A stretch of DNA of 64,000 bases. Origin: a virus. Its lineage: Duplodnaviria > Caudoviricetes. The notes below the pieces were generated by a model, which made no database searches, was not told the DNA's origin, and saw only the letters and a program-made list of their open reading frames with translations. A program made the position numbers and the translations under genes. Shown in pieces: positions 1 to 8,668 of this stretch; within the stretch, counting starts at the first letter, position 1, and every line of letters starts with the position of its first letter. Location of the stretch: positions 1,353 to 65,352 of IMG/VR virus record IMGVR_UViG_3300037258_000653, one strand, 5' to 3'.

Positions 1-71
1 GCCGCCCGCAGCTGGCCGGCCAGCTGAACGTAGGGATGGTCTGGCGACTCGGGGTCGATCTGGATCCGCAC
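1..71 (-). CDS. GntR-family winged-helix regulator, N-terminus only (runs off the window)
   Basis: Manual translation from GTG at 71 gives VRIQIDPESPDHPYVQLAGQLRA, a typical GntR start (cf. PSYRQLAAQLRA in 879-1139); not in the ORF track. Confidence 0.7.
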   Translation of the reverse strand, partial: MRIQIDPESPDHPYVQLAGQLRA

Positions 72-116
72 CGGCAAAGTCTGGCGTGGCAAGCTATGGC
101 GAAGCTACGCAAGCTA

Positions 117-146
117 ATGCTTGCCATAGCTTGCTATGGCAAGCAT
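117..146. promoter_or_regulatory. Perfect 14-bp inverted repeat, probable GntR operator
   Basis: atgcttgccatagc-tt-gctatggcaagcat; extra AAGCTA half-site copies at 87-116; lies just upstream of the GntR gene at 1-71. Confidence 0.7.
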
Positions 147-339
147 GCTGGAGAAATGGCCGGCCAGCGCCCGGCGGCGCTTTCTCCTATAGGCCCGGAT
201 CTGTGAGGGTCTGGCTGCTGGCCTGCGTGCTCGGCGCCTGCGTGGTTACCTACGCCATCGCCGCGTACCTGCGCCGCAGGTAATCCTGCCGGCCGCCGAG
301 CGCGTCTACCGATCACGTCATTTCCCGAAGGAGCACGAC

Positions 340-699
340 ATGGGAACTCCCCGCACCGCCGCCCGCCCGCGGCAGCATGGCTACCCCCAGCCGCCCCGGC
401 CGCCGCGGCGCAGGGCCGGCCGCGGCCCCCGGATCTTCCTGCTCGCCTGCGCGTCCGCGTTAACCATCGTGATCATCGCCGTCAGCCTTTCCGGGGGCGG
501 CAAGCCCGCGACCCCGGAACAGCGGTGCGCCTCGGCGATGCAGGCCTACAGCGCCGCCGGCCTCACCGGCGACTCACCCGCCCGGATCCGCCGCTACGGC
601 TCGCCCGATGACCAGCGGATCCTCATGGAGGCCCAGCAGGCCTGCGACTCGCTGGCGCCCGCGCAGCAGCGGAAGGCCGTCCAGGCCGCCATCCCCTAG
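340..699 (+). CDS. Hypothetical single-TM membrane/secreted protein
   Basis: RBS gaaggag; hydrophobic IFLLACASALTIVIIAVSLS segment; Cys pair in the extracellular part. Confidence 0.6.
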   Translation: MGTPRTAARPRQHGYPQPPRPPRRRAGRGPRIFLLACASALTIVIIAVSLSGGGKPATPEQRCASAMQAYSAAGLTGDSPARIRRYGSPDDQRILMEAQQACDSLAPAQQRKAVQAAIP

Positions 700-878
700 C
701 CAGGCCGCCGGCCGCGCAGCGCCGCGCGCCTATCGTGGGAAGCGCAGCGGGCGGCCGCGCAGAGCAGGGCTCCTGCCGCAGGACCGAGGGGGATCCTGGC
801 GGCGGGAGCCCCTGTGCCGTCAGCCGGGCGGCGTGAGGAACAGCCGCCGGGACCGGCCCGCCCCCCACGCCCTGGCCA

Positions 879-1139
879 TCAGCCGCCGCGGGCGTAGGTG
901 CCGCGGCCGGGAACCGTGTGGGCCAGCCCCTCGGCGACGAGGATGGCGATAGATCGCCGCACGGTGGCGACGGCCAGGCCGGTGTCCTGGACCAGGCTCG
1001 TGATGCTCGGCAGGGGCCTGCCGGGCGGGATGACACCATTCTCGATGTCGGCGCGGAGCTGGGCGGCGAGCTGCCGGTAGCTGGGCTCGGCGGCGTAGGT
1101 GTTGATCTCGTATCCCGGCACGGCTACCACGGTAAGCAT
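879..1139 (-). CDS. GntR-family winged-helix regulator
   Basis: PSYRQLAAQLRADIENG..PGRPLPSITSL...VATVRRSIAILVAEGL..TVPGRGTY. Confidence 0.9.
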   Translation of the reverse strand: MLTVVAVPGYEINTYAAEPSYRQLAAQLRADIENGVIPPGRPLPSITSLVQDTGLAVATVRRSIAILVAEGLAHTVPGRGTYARGG

Positions 1140-1166
1140 GCTTGCTATTGTTCCCTGCTCTAGCTC

Positions 1167-1195
1167 ATGGTTACCATGCTAGCCATGGTAACCAT
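1167..1195. promoter_or_regulatory. 12-bp inverted repeat, probable operator between gntR and the divergent genes
   Basis: atggttaccatg-ctagc-catggtaaccat in an AT-richer divergent intergenic region. Confidence 0.7.
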
Positions 1196-1418
1196 AGTAG
1201 TCGCGGCCGAGCCGGGCACCGCGGCGGCGGAAGAGGCCCTGCCAGGGCTCGGGGAACTGGCAGGCAAGATCCGCCTGCTCTCGCAGGAAGTGCAGTTCGC
1301 GGCCGTCGCCGGGGAGACGGCCGAGTTCATGGCCGCGGCCCGCGCGCTGCGGGCGGCCCAGGCCGAGTGGGATTCCCGGTACGAGTCGTGGCTGGCCTTC
1401 CGGCAGGCGACGCTCTGA
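1167..1418 (+). CDS. Small hypothetical protein (true start may be further downstream)
   Basis: ORF divergent from gntR; TGATG coupling to the next gene. Confidence 0.5.
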   Translation: MVTMLAMVTIVVAAEPGTAAAEEALPGLGELAGKIRLLSQEVQFAAVAGETAEFMAAARALRAAQAEWDSRYESWLAFRQATL

Positions 1419-1585
1419 TGGAGCCGCGCCTGTCGGTCCTGGCCCGGATCCTCAACACCCACCCCGGCTGCTGCCCGGTCCAGCTGCCGTCCGGCAGGTG
1501 GCAGGCCACGGTGAACGGCCAGCCGGTCGAGCAGGGGGACATCTACCGCCTGTCGATGGCGATCGACGACCTCGACCGGCGCTAG
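1418..1585 (+). CDS. Small hypothetical protein
   Basis: MEPRLSVLARILNTHPG...; starts at the TGATG overlap. Confidence 0.5.
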   Translation: MEPRLSVLARILNTHPGCCPVQLPSGRWQATVNGQPVEQGDIYRLSMAIDDLDRR

Positions 1586-1696
1586 CCCGACCGGCCCGTG
1601 CGCGCTGTCCCCGTGCGCGGGCCGGCGGCCGTTCCGGGTCTCTGTCTCTCCTGGCTCGCCGCGCCTCAGGGCACCAGCCCGGCTAGAGTGACAGGC

Positions 1697-1792
1697 GGCC
1701 CCGCGCCGGCTCCATTGAGGCATCGGTCCCGGTGATTGCCGGACTGGCCTTGTGAGGCGTCCTGCTGACGAGGATGTTTCCGGCGCGGGGTC
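1697..1792 (+). ncRNA. Candidate three-stem structured RNA
   Basis: 13-bp closing stem 1697-1709/1780-1792 encloses two hairpins (1718-1750, 1754-1780) that need G-U pairs on the + strand; TAGAGT -10-like box at 1684-1689. Confidence 0.4.
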
Positions 1793-1799
1793 CTCCGTG

Positions 1800-1887
1800 T
1801 GCCGCATTATGGTTGACGGTCGGTCCCACAATGCGGCATTATGCGGGTGTCAGCAGGACCGCACTCACCCCCACGGAGCCTCAGATG
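1800..1887 (+). repeat. Repeated promoter/operator/leader, copy 1
   Basis: tgccgcatt..ggTTGAC..ccacaatgcggCATTAT..gggtgtcagcagga.cgcactcaccc..acggagcc..agATG; close match to 3217-3303. Confidence 0.85.
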
Positions 1888-2508
1888 ACCAGGTACATGA
1901 TCGCGTGCATCGCCACCGATGACCCCAGCCACCCGGAGTTCGAGCGCGCGGAGATCGTCACCGCCGGCAGCGTCCGCGCCCGCATGGACGAGGAACTGGC
2001 CCGGCACGGCCGCTTCTTCCGCGCGCACCCGAACGCGCAGATGATCGGGGAGGGCGAGACGGCCCTGTCGCTGATGGGCCGCTGGCACGGCGAGGCCACC
2101 CGGCTGTGCGGCTATCTCGTCCGCTGGGACATCTACCCCGTCCCGCAGTCGATGTACGCACCCGGCGCGGACGAGCGGACGTGGAAGCACCTGGCGGCCG
2201 CGCACGAGCGGGCCGCCGCCGACGCGGAGCACCGCGACCGCGCCGCCCGCGCCGGGGAGGCCCTGCGCCAGATCGACGCGAGCGGCAGGCCCGGCCTGGT
2301 GAACTGGGTGCTGGGCAGCGGCCTGGATATCACCAGCGCGGCCGCCAAGCTGCGCCAGCTCCACGAGCTGCGCGAGCGTCCCGGCATCGTGCCGCTGATC
2401 CCGGCGGCCTACCAGCCGTGGCAGTGGGAGCTGGCGACCGCGCAGGCCGGCGGCAGCGTCGCCGCCGTCGAGCGGGAGCTGCTGGCCGAGATCGCGGCAC
2501 GCGCGTGA
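1885..2508 (+). CDS. Hypothetical protein
   Basis: ATG at the end of the repeated leader with ggag RBS; high GC3. Confidence 0.7.
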   Translation: MTRYMIACIATDDPSHPEFERAEIVTAGSVRARMDEELARHGRFFRAHPNAQMIGEGETALSLMGRWHGEATRLCGYLVRWDIYPVPQSMYAPGADERTWKHLAAAHERAAADAEHRDRAARAGEALRQIDASGRPGLVNWVLGSGLDITSAAAKLRQLHELRERPGIVPLIPAAYQPWQWELATAQAGGSVAAVERELLAEIAARA

Positions 2509-3218
2509 CCCGCGTTCCCGCCTCGCCAGAGGACAAGGAGCGCGCCCGCACGCTCTACCGGAGCATGGGCGCGCGTCAGGTCGCCGCCGAGATGCGCGTC
2601 AGCGAGCGCACGGTGCGCCGCTGGCTTGACGGCGAGCTGCGGCCTCCTGGCCGCGTGCCGGCCGTCCCGCAGGTCCGGCAGGTCCGGCAGAACTTCGGCC
2701 TGCCGCCCGAGCTGGCCCCCGCACCCGGCGACCGGGAGTGGCTGGAGTCCCGCGCCGCGGCCGAGGGGAAGACCGCAGCCGACCTGGAGGCCGAGGCCAT
2801 CGCCGCGCTGCGCTACGCGCGCAAGCGCGGCGACCCCGCCCGGGCGGCCTTCCCGCGCGCCGACCGGGGCACCACGGCGATGCGGCTCGGCGACCTGCCC
2901 AGGACGCTGCTGGTCATGAGCGAGCCGGACTGGCGGACTGCCTGCCTGGTGTGGCGCGGCAAGACCGACGGCGAGGGCTACGGCCACCTGGGGCCCGGCA
3001 GGGTGCACCGGGTGGCGTGGGAGATCATCGTCGGCCCGATCGGCGAGGGCATGACCCTGGACCACCTGCGCAGGCGGGGGTGCCGGTACCGGGCGTGCTG
3101 GGCGCCGTGGCACCTGGAAGAGGTCACCGCGGAGGAGAACATGCGCCGGACCGGGCTCCCGCGCGGCTACCGGCACAGCCGGCCGCGCCGGCAGCAGCCC
3201 GGACTGCCACCCGCATAA
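2505..3218 (+). CDS. N-terminal HTH + C-terminal HNH endonuclease
   Basis: GTGA overlap; ARQVAAEMRVSERTVRRWL (HTH); CLVWRG..DGEGYG..VHRVAW..LDHL..C..RAC..PWHLEEVTAEEN (HNH_3-type). Confidence 0.85.
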   Translation: MTRVPASPEDKERARTLYRSMGARQVAAEMRVSERTVRRWLDGELRPPGRVPAVPQVRQVRQNFGLPPELAPAPGDREWLESRAAAEGKTAADLEAEAIAALRYARKRGDPARAAFPRADRGTTAMRLGDLPRTLLVMSEPDWRTACLVWRGKTDGEGYGHLGPGRVHRVAWEIIVGPIGEGMTLDHLRRRGCRYRACWAPWHLEEVTAEENMRRTGLPRGYRHSRPRRQQPGLPPA

Positions 3219-3303
3219 TGCCGCATTGCGGTTGACAATCGCGCCACAATGCGGCATTATCGGGGTGTCAGCAGGAACGCACTCACCCACGGAGCCCGAG
3301 ATG
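3217..3303 (+). repeat. Repeated promoter/operator/leader, copy 2
   Basis: aatgccgcattgcggTTGACAatcgcgccacaatgcggCATTAT...ggagcccgagATG. Confidence 0.85.
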
Positions 3304-4392
3304 GCAGGCACCACCCAGATCCACCCCGACATCCCCCTGGACCGCGCATGGAAGGCCGGCCGCCGCATCTACGTGCGCAGCGCCTACAAGTCACAGCTCA
3401 ACGCCGACCTGCGCGCCATCGGCGCGACCTGGGACCGCGACGAGGAATGCCTGTGGGTCGGCTCCGGCAAGCTCGACGCGGTCATCCCCCTCATCCAGGC
3501 CCAGGCCGGCCGCGCCGCCGCCGTCCAGGCCGTCAAGGACGCCGGCCACTGGATCGCCATCCCCTTCCAGGCCGAGCACGTCCGCGACCAGGCCAAGCAG
3601 CTCGGCGCCCGCTGGGACCGCGACCGCAAGGAATGGGCACTCCCCGACGCCGAGGCCCTGGCCGCTGTCCAGGCCGCGCTCACCGCCTGGAACGACCAGC
3701 AAGCCGAAGCCCGCGCCCGCAGCGCCGCCGAGAGCCGCGCCCGCAAGACCGAGACCGCCGGCGCGGCCCGCGACCGCATCGTCGCCGCGTCGGGCCGCAC
3801 CGTCACCGGCGACCCGGTCCAGGTGACCTACCGCCTCGAAGGACGCGGGCGCCGCGCATGGGCCGAGACCTGCGTGCCCGAGGCCGGCACCGTGATGGAC
3901 AGCAGCCACGGCCGGCTCCTGGTCCTCAGCGGCAGCGCCGAGTTCCGGTCCGAGGACGCCCTGGCCGACCAGTCCCCGCACCTGGAGCCCGGCTGGCGCG
4001 TCATCGTCAGCGGCGTCCCCGTCGAGCCCACCGCTGACGAGCGCGCCGCCGACCAGGCCGCCGCCGACGCTAAGGCCGACGCCGCGCACCTGGCCGCCGA
4101 GTTCACCAGCATCGCAAAGGCATGCACGGACCCGGTCACCCCGGCAAAGCTGACCGGGCAGCAGATCAGCAAGCACACCGGGAGCACCGGCCTGGCGCCC
4201 CCCGAGTACCTGGCCCTCACCGACGCCGGCACCGTCCGCTACCACCACCCCGGCCACTACGACGACTGGCGCGTCGCCGAGGGCGAGTCCGCCGACCCGG
4301 ACGTGATAGCCCGGTTCGGCAACCTGCTCACCGCCGGCGCACGCCAGGCCAGCCACGACCGCAGCACCTACCACGTCGCCCTGGAGGGCTAG
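3301..4392 (+). CDS. Hypothetical protein with DUF5710-like repeats
   Basis: LRAIGATWDRDEECLW and AKQLGARWDRDRKEW motifs. Confidence 0.7.
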   Translation: MAGTTQIHPDIPLDRAWKAGRRIYVRSAYKSQLNADLRAIGATWDRDEECLWVGSGKLDAVIPLIQAQAGRAAAVQAVKDAGHWIAIPFQAEHVRDQAKQLGARWDRDRKEWALPDAEALAAVQAALTAWNDQQAEARARSAAESRARKTETAGAARDRIVAASGRTVTGDPVQVTYRLEGRGRRAWAETCVPEAGTVMDSSHGRLLVLSGSAEFRSEDALADQSPHLEPGWRVIVSGVPVEPTADERAADQAAADAKADAAHLAAEFTSIAKACTDPVTPAKLTGQQISKHTGSTGLAPPEYLALTDAGTVRYHHPGHYDDWRVAEGESADPDVIARFGNLLTAGARQASHDRSTYHVALEG

Positions 4393-4394
4393 CC

Positions 4395-5441
4395 ATGACC
4401 GAGTCAGCAGGCACCCTCAGCATCACGCTGCCCCCCGGCATTCATGCCGAGATCCTGTCCGGCACCAACGTGGACAGCGTCCCCGTCAAGCGTGCTGTCG
4501 TGTGGGCCGACCGCCTTATCCGTGCCTGCCCTCAGTGCAAGAAGCCGGCGGCGCGGAACAGCGGATGCCCGGCTGTCGTGGGCGATCACGGCCAGCTTGA
4601 GTCCGTCAGCCAGCGGTGCGCCAGCCTGAACGGCACCTGCGGCGAGTGGCTGTCTGTCCTCTACTGGGCTGCTGACGACACCAGCGACGCGGCCATCGCA
4701 GCAGCCGCCGCCGAGCTGGCCGGCCGCCGCGACCGCGAGCTGGCCGGCGAGCGCGAGCGCATCGCCGGCCGCCTGGGCGGCGCCATCGGCGACGCGCTCA
4801 CCGCACTGGGCCGGGGCGATGACCTGGCCTCCGTGATCACCGGTTCGGACGCCGACCCCGGCATCTACGCCGACGGCGGCGGCCTGGTCGCGTGGGACTA
4901 CGACCCCTTTGACGATGACGCCACGATCACCGTCGCGGCGGACATCCCAGGCTGGGCGCTGGCCGGCCGGGAGACGGCAGAAGGAGAGCGGGACCTGGAC
5001 GTCATGAGCATCGAAGCTGCCCGGCCGGTGCTCGGCGAGCTGGCCGACCGCGCCCGCCTCGCCGGCGAGACCACACTGATCACCCGCAACGGCAAGCCGG
5101 CCGTCATGATCGTGCCCGTGCCCCCCGGCAGCGTCTGCGATGACACCAGCCGCGACCCGCGCGACTGGACCGACCAGGCCCTGACCGCCGCTCACATCGG
5201 CTACGGGTACGGCGGCCACGAGCAGGTCGACGCCGAGTTCTGGCGCCGGAACCCCGTCCTGCACGGCTTCCGGAATGCTGGCACGCACCTTAGCCGGTGC
5301 CACTACCAGGAATGGTGCGCCGCGTACCCCGAGGGCGACCCGCTGGGTCCCGGCTCGGGCTATGAGCCGCACCCCGGGGGACTGCGGCTGCAGCAGGCCT
5401 ACCGGGACGCGGTCGGACGGCTCGCGGAGAGCCTGGCGTGA
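4395..5441 (+). CDS. Mosaic protein: Zn-ribbon-like N-terminus and an internal Phd/YefM antitoxin-type domain
   Basis: CPQC..C..C; MSIEAARPVLGELADRARLAGETTLITRNGKPAVMIVPV. Confidence 0.7.
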   Translation: MTESAGTLSITLPPGIHAEILSGTNVDSVPVKRAVVWADRLIRACPQCKKPAARNSGCPAVVGDHGQLESVSQRCASLNGTCGEWLSVLYWAADDTSDAAIAAAAAELAGRRDRELAGERERIAGRLGGAIGDALTALGRGDDLASVITGSDADPGIYADGGGLVAWDYDPFDDDATITVAADIPGWALAGRETAEGERDLDVMSIEAARPVLGELADRARLAGETTLITRNGKPAVMIVPVPPGSVCDDTSRDPRDWTDQALTAAHIGYGYGGHEQVDAEFWRRNPVLHGFRNAGTHLSRCHYQEWCAAYPEGDPLGPGSGYEPHPGGLRLQQAYRDAVGRLAESLA

Positions 5442-5848
5442 AGGCCGCGTTCGGCGTCGAGGCAGTCGGCTACGGCCTGTGGCTGGAGCTGCGCATGCCC
5501 CTGGCCATGGTCCGCGCGGTGGGCGCGGAGGAAGCACTGGGAACCCGGTCCTACGGGTCGCATTACCGTCCGTGGCTCGCGCAGGTCACCGGGACCGATC
5601 CCCGGTACGGGCTGGCCCGGCAGTTCGTCCGCGCCCGGATCGACTACCGCGGTGCCAACAGCCGGGCCACCCGGGGCGCCTGGTTCTGGTGGACGCTCGA
5701 CGAGGGGCTCCTCTATGAGACCAGGTACCTGTCGGCGTGGAGCCGGCAGGAGCACCGGTTCCTGACGGCCTCCGGCGGCGATGTCAGGGACGTCACCGGG
5801 GAGGAGGCCCTGGCGTGGGCAAGCGGTATCTCGGCACAGACGTCCTGA
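5438..5848 (+). CDS. Hypothetical protein upstream of the ibrA-like gene
   Basis: GTGA overlap; RPWLAQVTGTDPRYGLARQFVR. Confidence 0.65.
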   Translation: MKAAFGVEAVGYGLWLELRMPLAMVRAVGAEEALGTRSYGSHYRPWLAQVTGTDPRYGLARQFVRARIDYRGANSRATRGAWFWWTLDEGLLYETRYLSAWSRQEHRFLTASGGDVRDVTGEEALAWASGISAQTS

Positions 5849-7029
5849 CCGCGGCCCGGCAGCGGATCTGCCGGGTGTTCGAGGACTTCCCCCGGGTCTA
5901 CGTCTCGTTCAGCGGCGGGAAAGACAGTTCGGTCCTACTCGACCTGGCCTGCGCCGAGGCCCGGCGCCGAGGCCGCCGCATCGGCGTCCTGTTCATCGAC
6001 CTCGAGGCTCAGTACAAGATGACGGTCAGCTACATCGCCGCGATGATGGAGCGCAACAGCGACATCGCCGACCCGCACTGGGTGGCGCTGCCGCTGAACC
6101 TCCGCAACGCCGTCAGCCAGTTCGAGCCGCAGTGGATGTGCTGGGAGCCCGGCCGCGAGGCCAGCTGGGTCCGCCAGCCCCCGGCCGGCGCGATCACCCG
6201 CGAGGACTACTTCCCGTTCTTCCGCCGGCGCATGGAGTTCGAGGAGTTCACCCCGTCTTTCAGCCACTGGTACGCCGGCGGCATCCACCGCGGGAAGCTG
6301 ACCTGCTGCCTCGTCGGGATCCGCACCCAGGAATCCCTCAACCGGTGGCGTGCCATCGCCGGCCGCAAGAACACCCACGACGGCCTCCAGTGGACTACCT
6401 GGGTCGGCGGCCCCGCCTACAACGCCTACCCCATCTACGACTGGCGCACCGAGGACATCTGGGGATACACCGCCCGGGAGAAGATGCCCTACAACCCGCT
6501 GTACGACCGGATGCACCAGGCCGGCCTGACCATCCATCAGGCCCGGATCTGCCAGCCCTACGGCGACGATCAGCGCAAGGGCCTGTGGCTCTACCAGATG
6601 ATCGAGCCCGAGACCTGGGGCCGCGTCGTCGCGCGGGTCAGCGGCGCGAACTTCGGCGCGATCTACGCTCGCCAGACCGGCAACGTGCTGGGCCGGATCA
6701 AGGTCACCAAGCCGGACGGGATCACCTGGCAGCAGTTCGCCGAGCGGCTCCTGGAATCCATGCCCCCGGCCGCCGCCGAGCACTACCGAAACAAGATCGC
6801 CGTGTTCGCCAAGTACTACCGCGACCGCGGCTACGACGAGATCCCCGACGAGGGGCCGGCCAGCGCGAAGGGCCAGCCGTCCTGGACCCGGATCTGCAAG
6901 ACGATCCTCGGCAACGACTACTGGTGCAAAGGCCTGACATTCAGCCCCACCACCTCCGAGGGATATTCGAGATACATGCAGCTCATGAAGCGCAGGAGGC
7001 AGGAATGGGGCCTGATGTCGTCGCGGTGA
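5815..7029 (+). CDS. ibrA: IbrA/YbdN-like PAPS-reductase-family PP-loop protein (DUF3440 C-terminus)
   Basis: VSFSGGKDSS PP-loop; LVGIRTQESLNR; YPIYDWRTEDIW; RICQPYGDDQRKGL; ICKTILGNDYWCKGLTF. Confidence 0.9.
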   Translation: MGKRYLGTDVLTAARQRICRVFEDFPRVYVSFSGGKDSSVLLDLACAEARRRGRRIGVLFIDLEAQYKMTVSYIAAMMERNSDIADPHWVALPLNLRNAVSQFEPQWMCWEPGREASWVRQPPAGAITREDYFPFFRRRMEFEEFTPSFSHWYAGGIHRGKLTCCLVGIRTQESLNRWRAIAGRKNTHDGLQWTTWVGGPAYNAYPIYDWRTEDIWGYTAREKMPYNPLYDRMHQAGLTIHQARICQPYGDDQRKGLWLYQMIEPETWGRVVARVSGANFGAIYARQTGNVLGRIKVTKPDGITWQQFAERLLESMPPAAAEHYRNKIAVFAKYYRDRGYDEIPDEGPASAKGQPSWTRICKTILGNDYWCKGLTFSPTTSEGYSRYMQLMKRRRQEWGLMSSR

Positions 7030-8096
7030 CCAACGATCACCCCGGCTTCTACCAGCTGATCGGGCCGTTCCTCGGCCGCCGCGAGATCGCCGCCGAGACC
7101 GGCGGCCCGCTGCACGACGACGACGGCAAGACCTGGCTCGCCGCCCTGGAAGACGGCCGCGCCGCCGGCATCTGCGCCGCCCGGCCCGCCGCCGACGGCG
7201 TCACCGTCTACCAGTCCGACTACGTCCTGCCCGCCTGCCGCGGCCGCGGCGTTTACCGGGCGCTGTCGGCCGCCCGGGCAGCGGCGTTCCCCGGGAAGGC
7301 CAGGGCCGTCTGCTCGGCTGCGGTGCTGCCCGCCTACCTCGCCGGAGGGTTCCGCGAGGTCCGCCGCAGGGGCCGGTTCACCGTCACCGAGCGCGACGCC
7401 ACCGGCGCGGCGCCCGTCATGCCGCCAGCACCGGCCGCGCACCCGGAGCCAGTCGCGCCGGCGGATCCCGCGGCCGCGGCCCGCGCCGCGTTCGACGGCC
7501 TGGACGCCATCCCGGCCGTCGACCGGATCGACGTGATCAACGAGATCCGGCTCGCGCTCGCCGAGCACTCCCCGATGCGCGGCGAGCCAGTCGACTGCGT
7601 CCTGTGGGTCCCCCTGGACCAGGTCCGGGCCAACGACTACAACCCCAACGTGGTCGCGCCCGCCGAGATGCGCCTGCTCACCCTCTCGATCATGGAAGAC
7701 GGCTACACCCAGCCAGTCGTCGCCTGGCCCGACCCCGACGGCAGCGGATACGAGGTCGTGGACGGCTTCCACCGCAACCGCGTCGCGCGTGAAGCCCGCG
7801 CGGTCGGCAAGCGAGTCCGCGGCCGCCTGCCCGTCGCGGTGATCCGCCCGGACCGCGGGGGCGCCCCCGACCGGATGGCCGCGACGATCCGGCACAACCG
7901 GGCACGCGGCGTCCATACCGTCGACGGCATGTCCGCGATCGTCATCGACCTGGCCCGCCGCAACCACTCCGACGAGTGGATCGCCCGCGAGCTCGGCATG
8001 GAGGCCGACGAGGTGCTGCGGCTCAAGCAGGTTCAGGCCATGGCGGAGCTGTTCGCCGATCACGAGTTCTCGCAGGCGTGGGAAGCAGCCAGGTGA
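7005..8096 (+). CDS. ibrB: GNAT acetyltransferase-like domain fused to an IbrB/YbdM ParB-Srx-like domain
   Basis: YVLPACRGRGVYRAL (acetyl-CoA motif A); Pro/Ala linker; ANDYNPNVVAPAEMRLL..GYTQPVV..VVDGFHR..ATIRHNRARG. Confidence 0.85.
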   Translation: MGPDVVAVTNDHPGFYQLIGPFLGRREIAAETGGPLHDDDGKTWLAALEDGRAAGICAARPAADGVTVYQSDYVLPACRGRGVYRALSAARAAAFPGKARAVCSAAVLPAYLAGGFREVRRRGRFTVTERDATGAAPVMPPAPAAHPEPVAPADPAAAARAAFDGLDAIPAVDRIDVINEIRLALAEHSPMRGEPVDCVLWVPLDQVRANDYNPNVVAPAEMRLLTLSIMEDGYTQPVVAWPDPDGSGYEVVDGFHRNRVAREARAVGKRVRGRLPVAVIRPDRGGAPDRMAATIRHNRARGVHTVDGMSAIVIDLARRNHSDEWIARELGMEADEVLRLKQVQAMAELFADHEFSQAWEAAR

Positions 8097-8299
8097 CCGC
8101 GCTGCCCGCTGGCCCGGCTGCCGTAGCAGCGTGCCCGCGACGGCTTGACACTATGCCTCGCTCCGACTCCGGCTACATCTACTCGGCCAGGGTCCGCGAC
8201 CTGACCGCCCGGGAGACGGAGACCTGGGCCGCGGAGCAGGCCGCCACCGCCGAGAAGCTCCGCGCCCTGGGCGTCGGCAGCGGAATCGGACGCCTGTGA
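8093..8299 (+). CDS. Small hypothetical protein
   Basis: GTGA overlaps at both ends. Confidence 0.45.
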   Translation: MTALPAGPAAVAACPRRLDTMPRSDSGYIYSARVRDLTARETETWAAEQAATAEKLRALGVGSGIGRL

Positions 8300-8550
8300 C
8301 CGACACGGAAACCTGGACGCTCACCGAGGTAGCCGGGTACCTCAAGGCGACGTCCGCCGGCTCAGCCCGCCGCACCCTGTCCCGCTGGGGAGTCGCGGCC
8401 GTCGGCCGGCAGCCGGGACGCGGCGGGGAATCCGTCTACGACCGCGCCGCTGTCGAGGCCGCGCGGGCGGCGCGCCCTGGCCGCGGGCACCGCAGCGACC
8501 TCACCGCACGCCAGGCCGAAGAGGAAGGCGACCCCTCGGAGGGGCGATAA
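8296..8550 (+). CDS. Small HTH DNA-binding protein
   Basis: WTLTEVAGYL..SARRTLSRWGV..RPGRGHRSDL. Confidence 0.7.
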   Translation: MTDTETWTLTEVAGYLKATSAGSARRTLSRWGVAAVGRQPGRGGESVYDRAAVEAARAARPGRGHRSDLTARQAEEEGDPSEGR

Positions 8551-8668
8551 GGCTGCCTCAGTCAGCTATCCCAGCAGAAACCGAGTCAGTTGCAACCCCC
8601 CGGCAGGGGGGCAATGAATTTCATGAGTCTAGCCGCCCCGATGAGGCGGCAGAAGGAGAGCGGAACAG

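Noticed and set aside
1760-1785. CTGACGA suggesting a hammerhead ribozyme core
   Set aside because: No stem II-GAAA follows; the motif sits in a hairpin loop
5781-7004. 771-aa version of the IbrB ORF
   Set aside because: The upstream part is an off-frame overlap of ibrA; the plausible start is ATG 7005 after aggagg
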